The notes beneath the pieces were generated by a model. It was given only the letters and a program-made list of their open reading frames with translations. It did not search any database and was not told where the DNA came from. Shown here in pieces: positions 44,784 to 45,000 of a stretch of DNA of 45,000 nt (positions within the stretch are counted from its first letter, which is position 1; each line of letters starts with the position of its first letter). Source of the DNA: an uncultured Bacteriovoracaceae bacterium (GTDB taxonomy: Bacteria > Desulfobacterota > Desulfomonilia > UBA1062); the NCBI GenBank assembly GCA_964388905.1, contig CAYMDG010000004.1, positions 1-45,000 of the forward strand, read 5' to 3'. Both the position numbers and the translations under genes were made by a program.

Positions 44784-45000
44784 TCAACCAGGAATATCAA
44801 TTCCTAAGAGATCCGCTGCGTAACGCACCATAGTCATATCCTCTTCCTGGCAAACTTTCCCCAATCCCTCTTCCCTGGCCATGGACCCTGATCGTACAAT
44901 CCCTGCTATCTCCCATGCATAAGGGTGGAACAAGAACTTTTGTCTATGAATATGGTTGGCTAAGGCGTTCAGCAGGCAGTTCGTCGAGTTGGGGTCCGTG
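44784..45000 (-). CDS. C-terminal end of an unidentified protein (gene enters from the right window edge)
   Basis: Manual reverse-strand translation gives ...TDPNSTNCLLNALANHIHRQKFLFHPYAWEIAGIVRSGSMAREEGLGKVCQEEDMTMVRYAADLLGIDIPG, ending at the TGA at 44786..44784. GC content rises again here. The R-x-G-x-M-x-R-E-E segment faintly recalls PP-loop sugar amidotransferases, but 71 residues are too few to call. Confidence 0.45.
   Translation of the reverse strand, partial: TDPNSTNCLLNALANHIHRQKFLFHPYAWEIAGIVRSGSMAREEGLGKVCQEEDMTMVRYAADLLGIDIPG

Overview
45-kb bacterial window. All family calls come from reading motifs by eye; no similarity search was run. The gene content suggests an anaerobic Gram-negative lineage, possibly Desulfobacterota-like, but that is only a guess.

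The left ~12.3 kb looks GC-richer and is ordinary core metabolism:
- A minus-strand polyamine operon: XRE/cupin regulator, speB, carboxy(nor)spermidine dehydrogenase, carboxy(nor)spermidine decarboxylase, speA. A partial CDF-like transporter follows at the left edge.
- An MBL-fold hydrolase.
- A livKHMGF-type branched-chain amino-acid ABC transporter. The livK-livH spacer holds a strong hairpin and an inverted pair of REP-like palindromes.

At ~12.27 kb the composition turns AT-rich and stays so until ~44.78 kb. This ~32.5 kb is a PEP-CTERM/exosortase-associated polysaccharide locus. Two small PEP-CTERM cargo genes sit at its outer edges and are transcribed inward.
- A 17-gene array (15050-32162) encodes a FemAB-like protein, a DegT aminotransferase, one GT2 and three GT4 glycosyltransferases, an exosortase with EpsI, two hexapeptide acetyltransferases, a GNAT, a Wzx flippase, an LMW phosphotyrosine phosphatase, an ATP-grasp ligase, a NodB deacetylase and WecB.
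- A separately transcribed gene encodes a secreted parallel beta-helix protein.
- A final 7-gene unit runs from 34430 to 43765.

The final unit is the most interesting part. It pairs (a) an asparagine-synthetase homologue that lacks the N-terminal Cys nucleophile with an opine-dehydrogenase-family enzyme. It also carries (b) a Dlt-like but carrier-less trio: MBOAT, a membrane-anchored SGNH/DltD-like protein, and a PaaK/CapK-type adenylate-forming enzyme. Between (a) and (b) lie an uncharacterised membrane-anchored protein and an O-antigen-ligase-like protein.

Two sigma-54-type -24/-12 candidates lie at matching distances upstream of one PEP-CTERM gene and of the beta-helix gene. No tRNA, rRNA, CRISPR array, transposase or integrase was seen. 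No priming phosphoglycosyl transferase, Wza/OPX or PCP/BY-kinase was found in the window.
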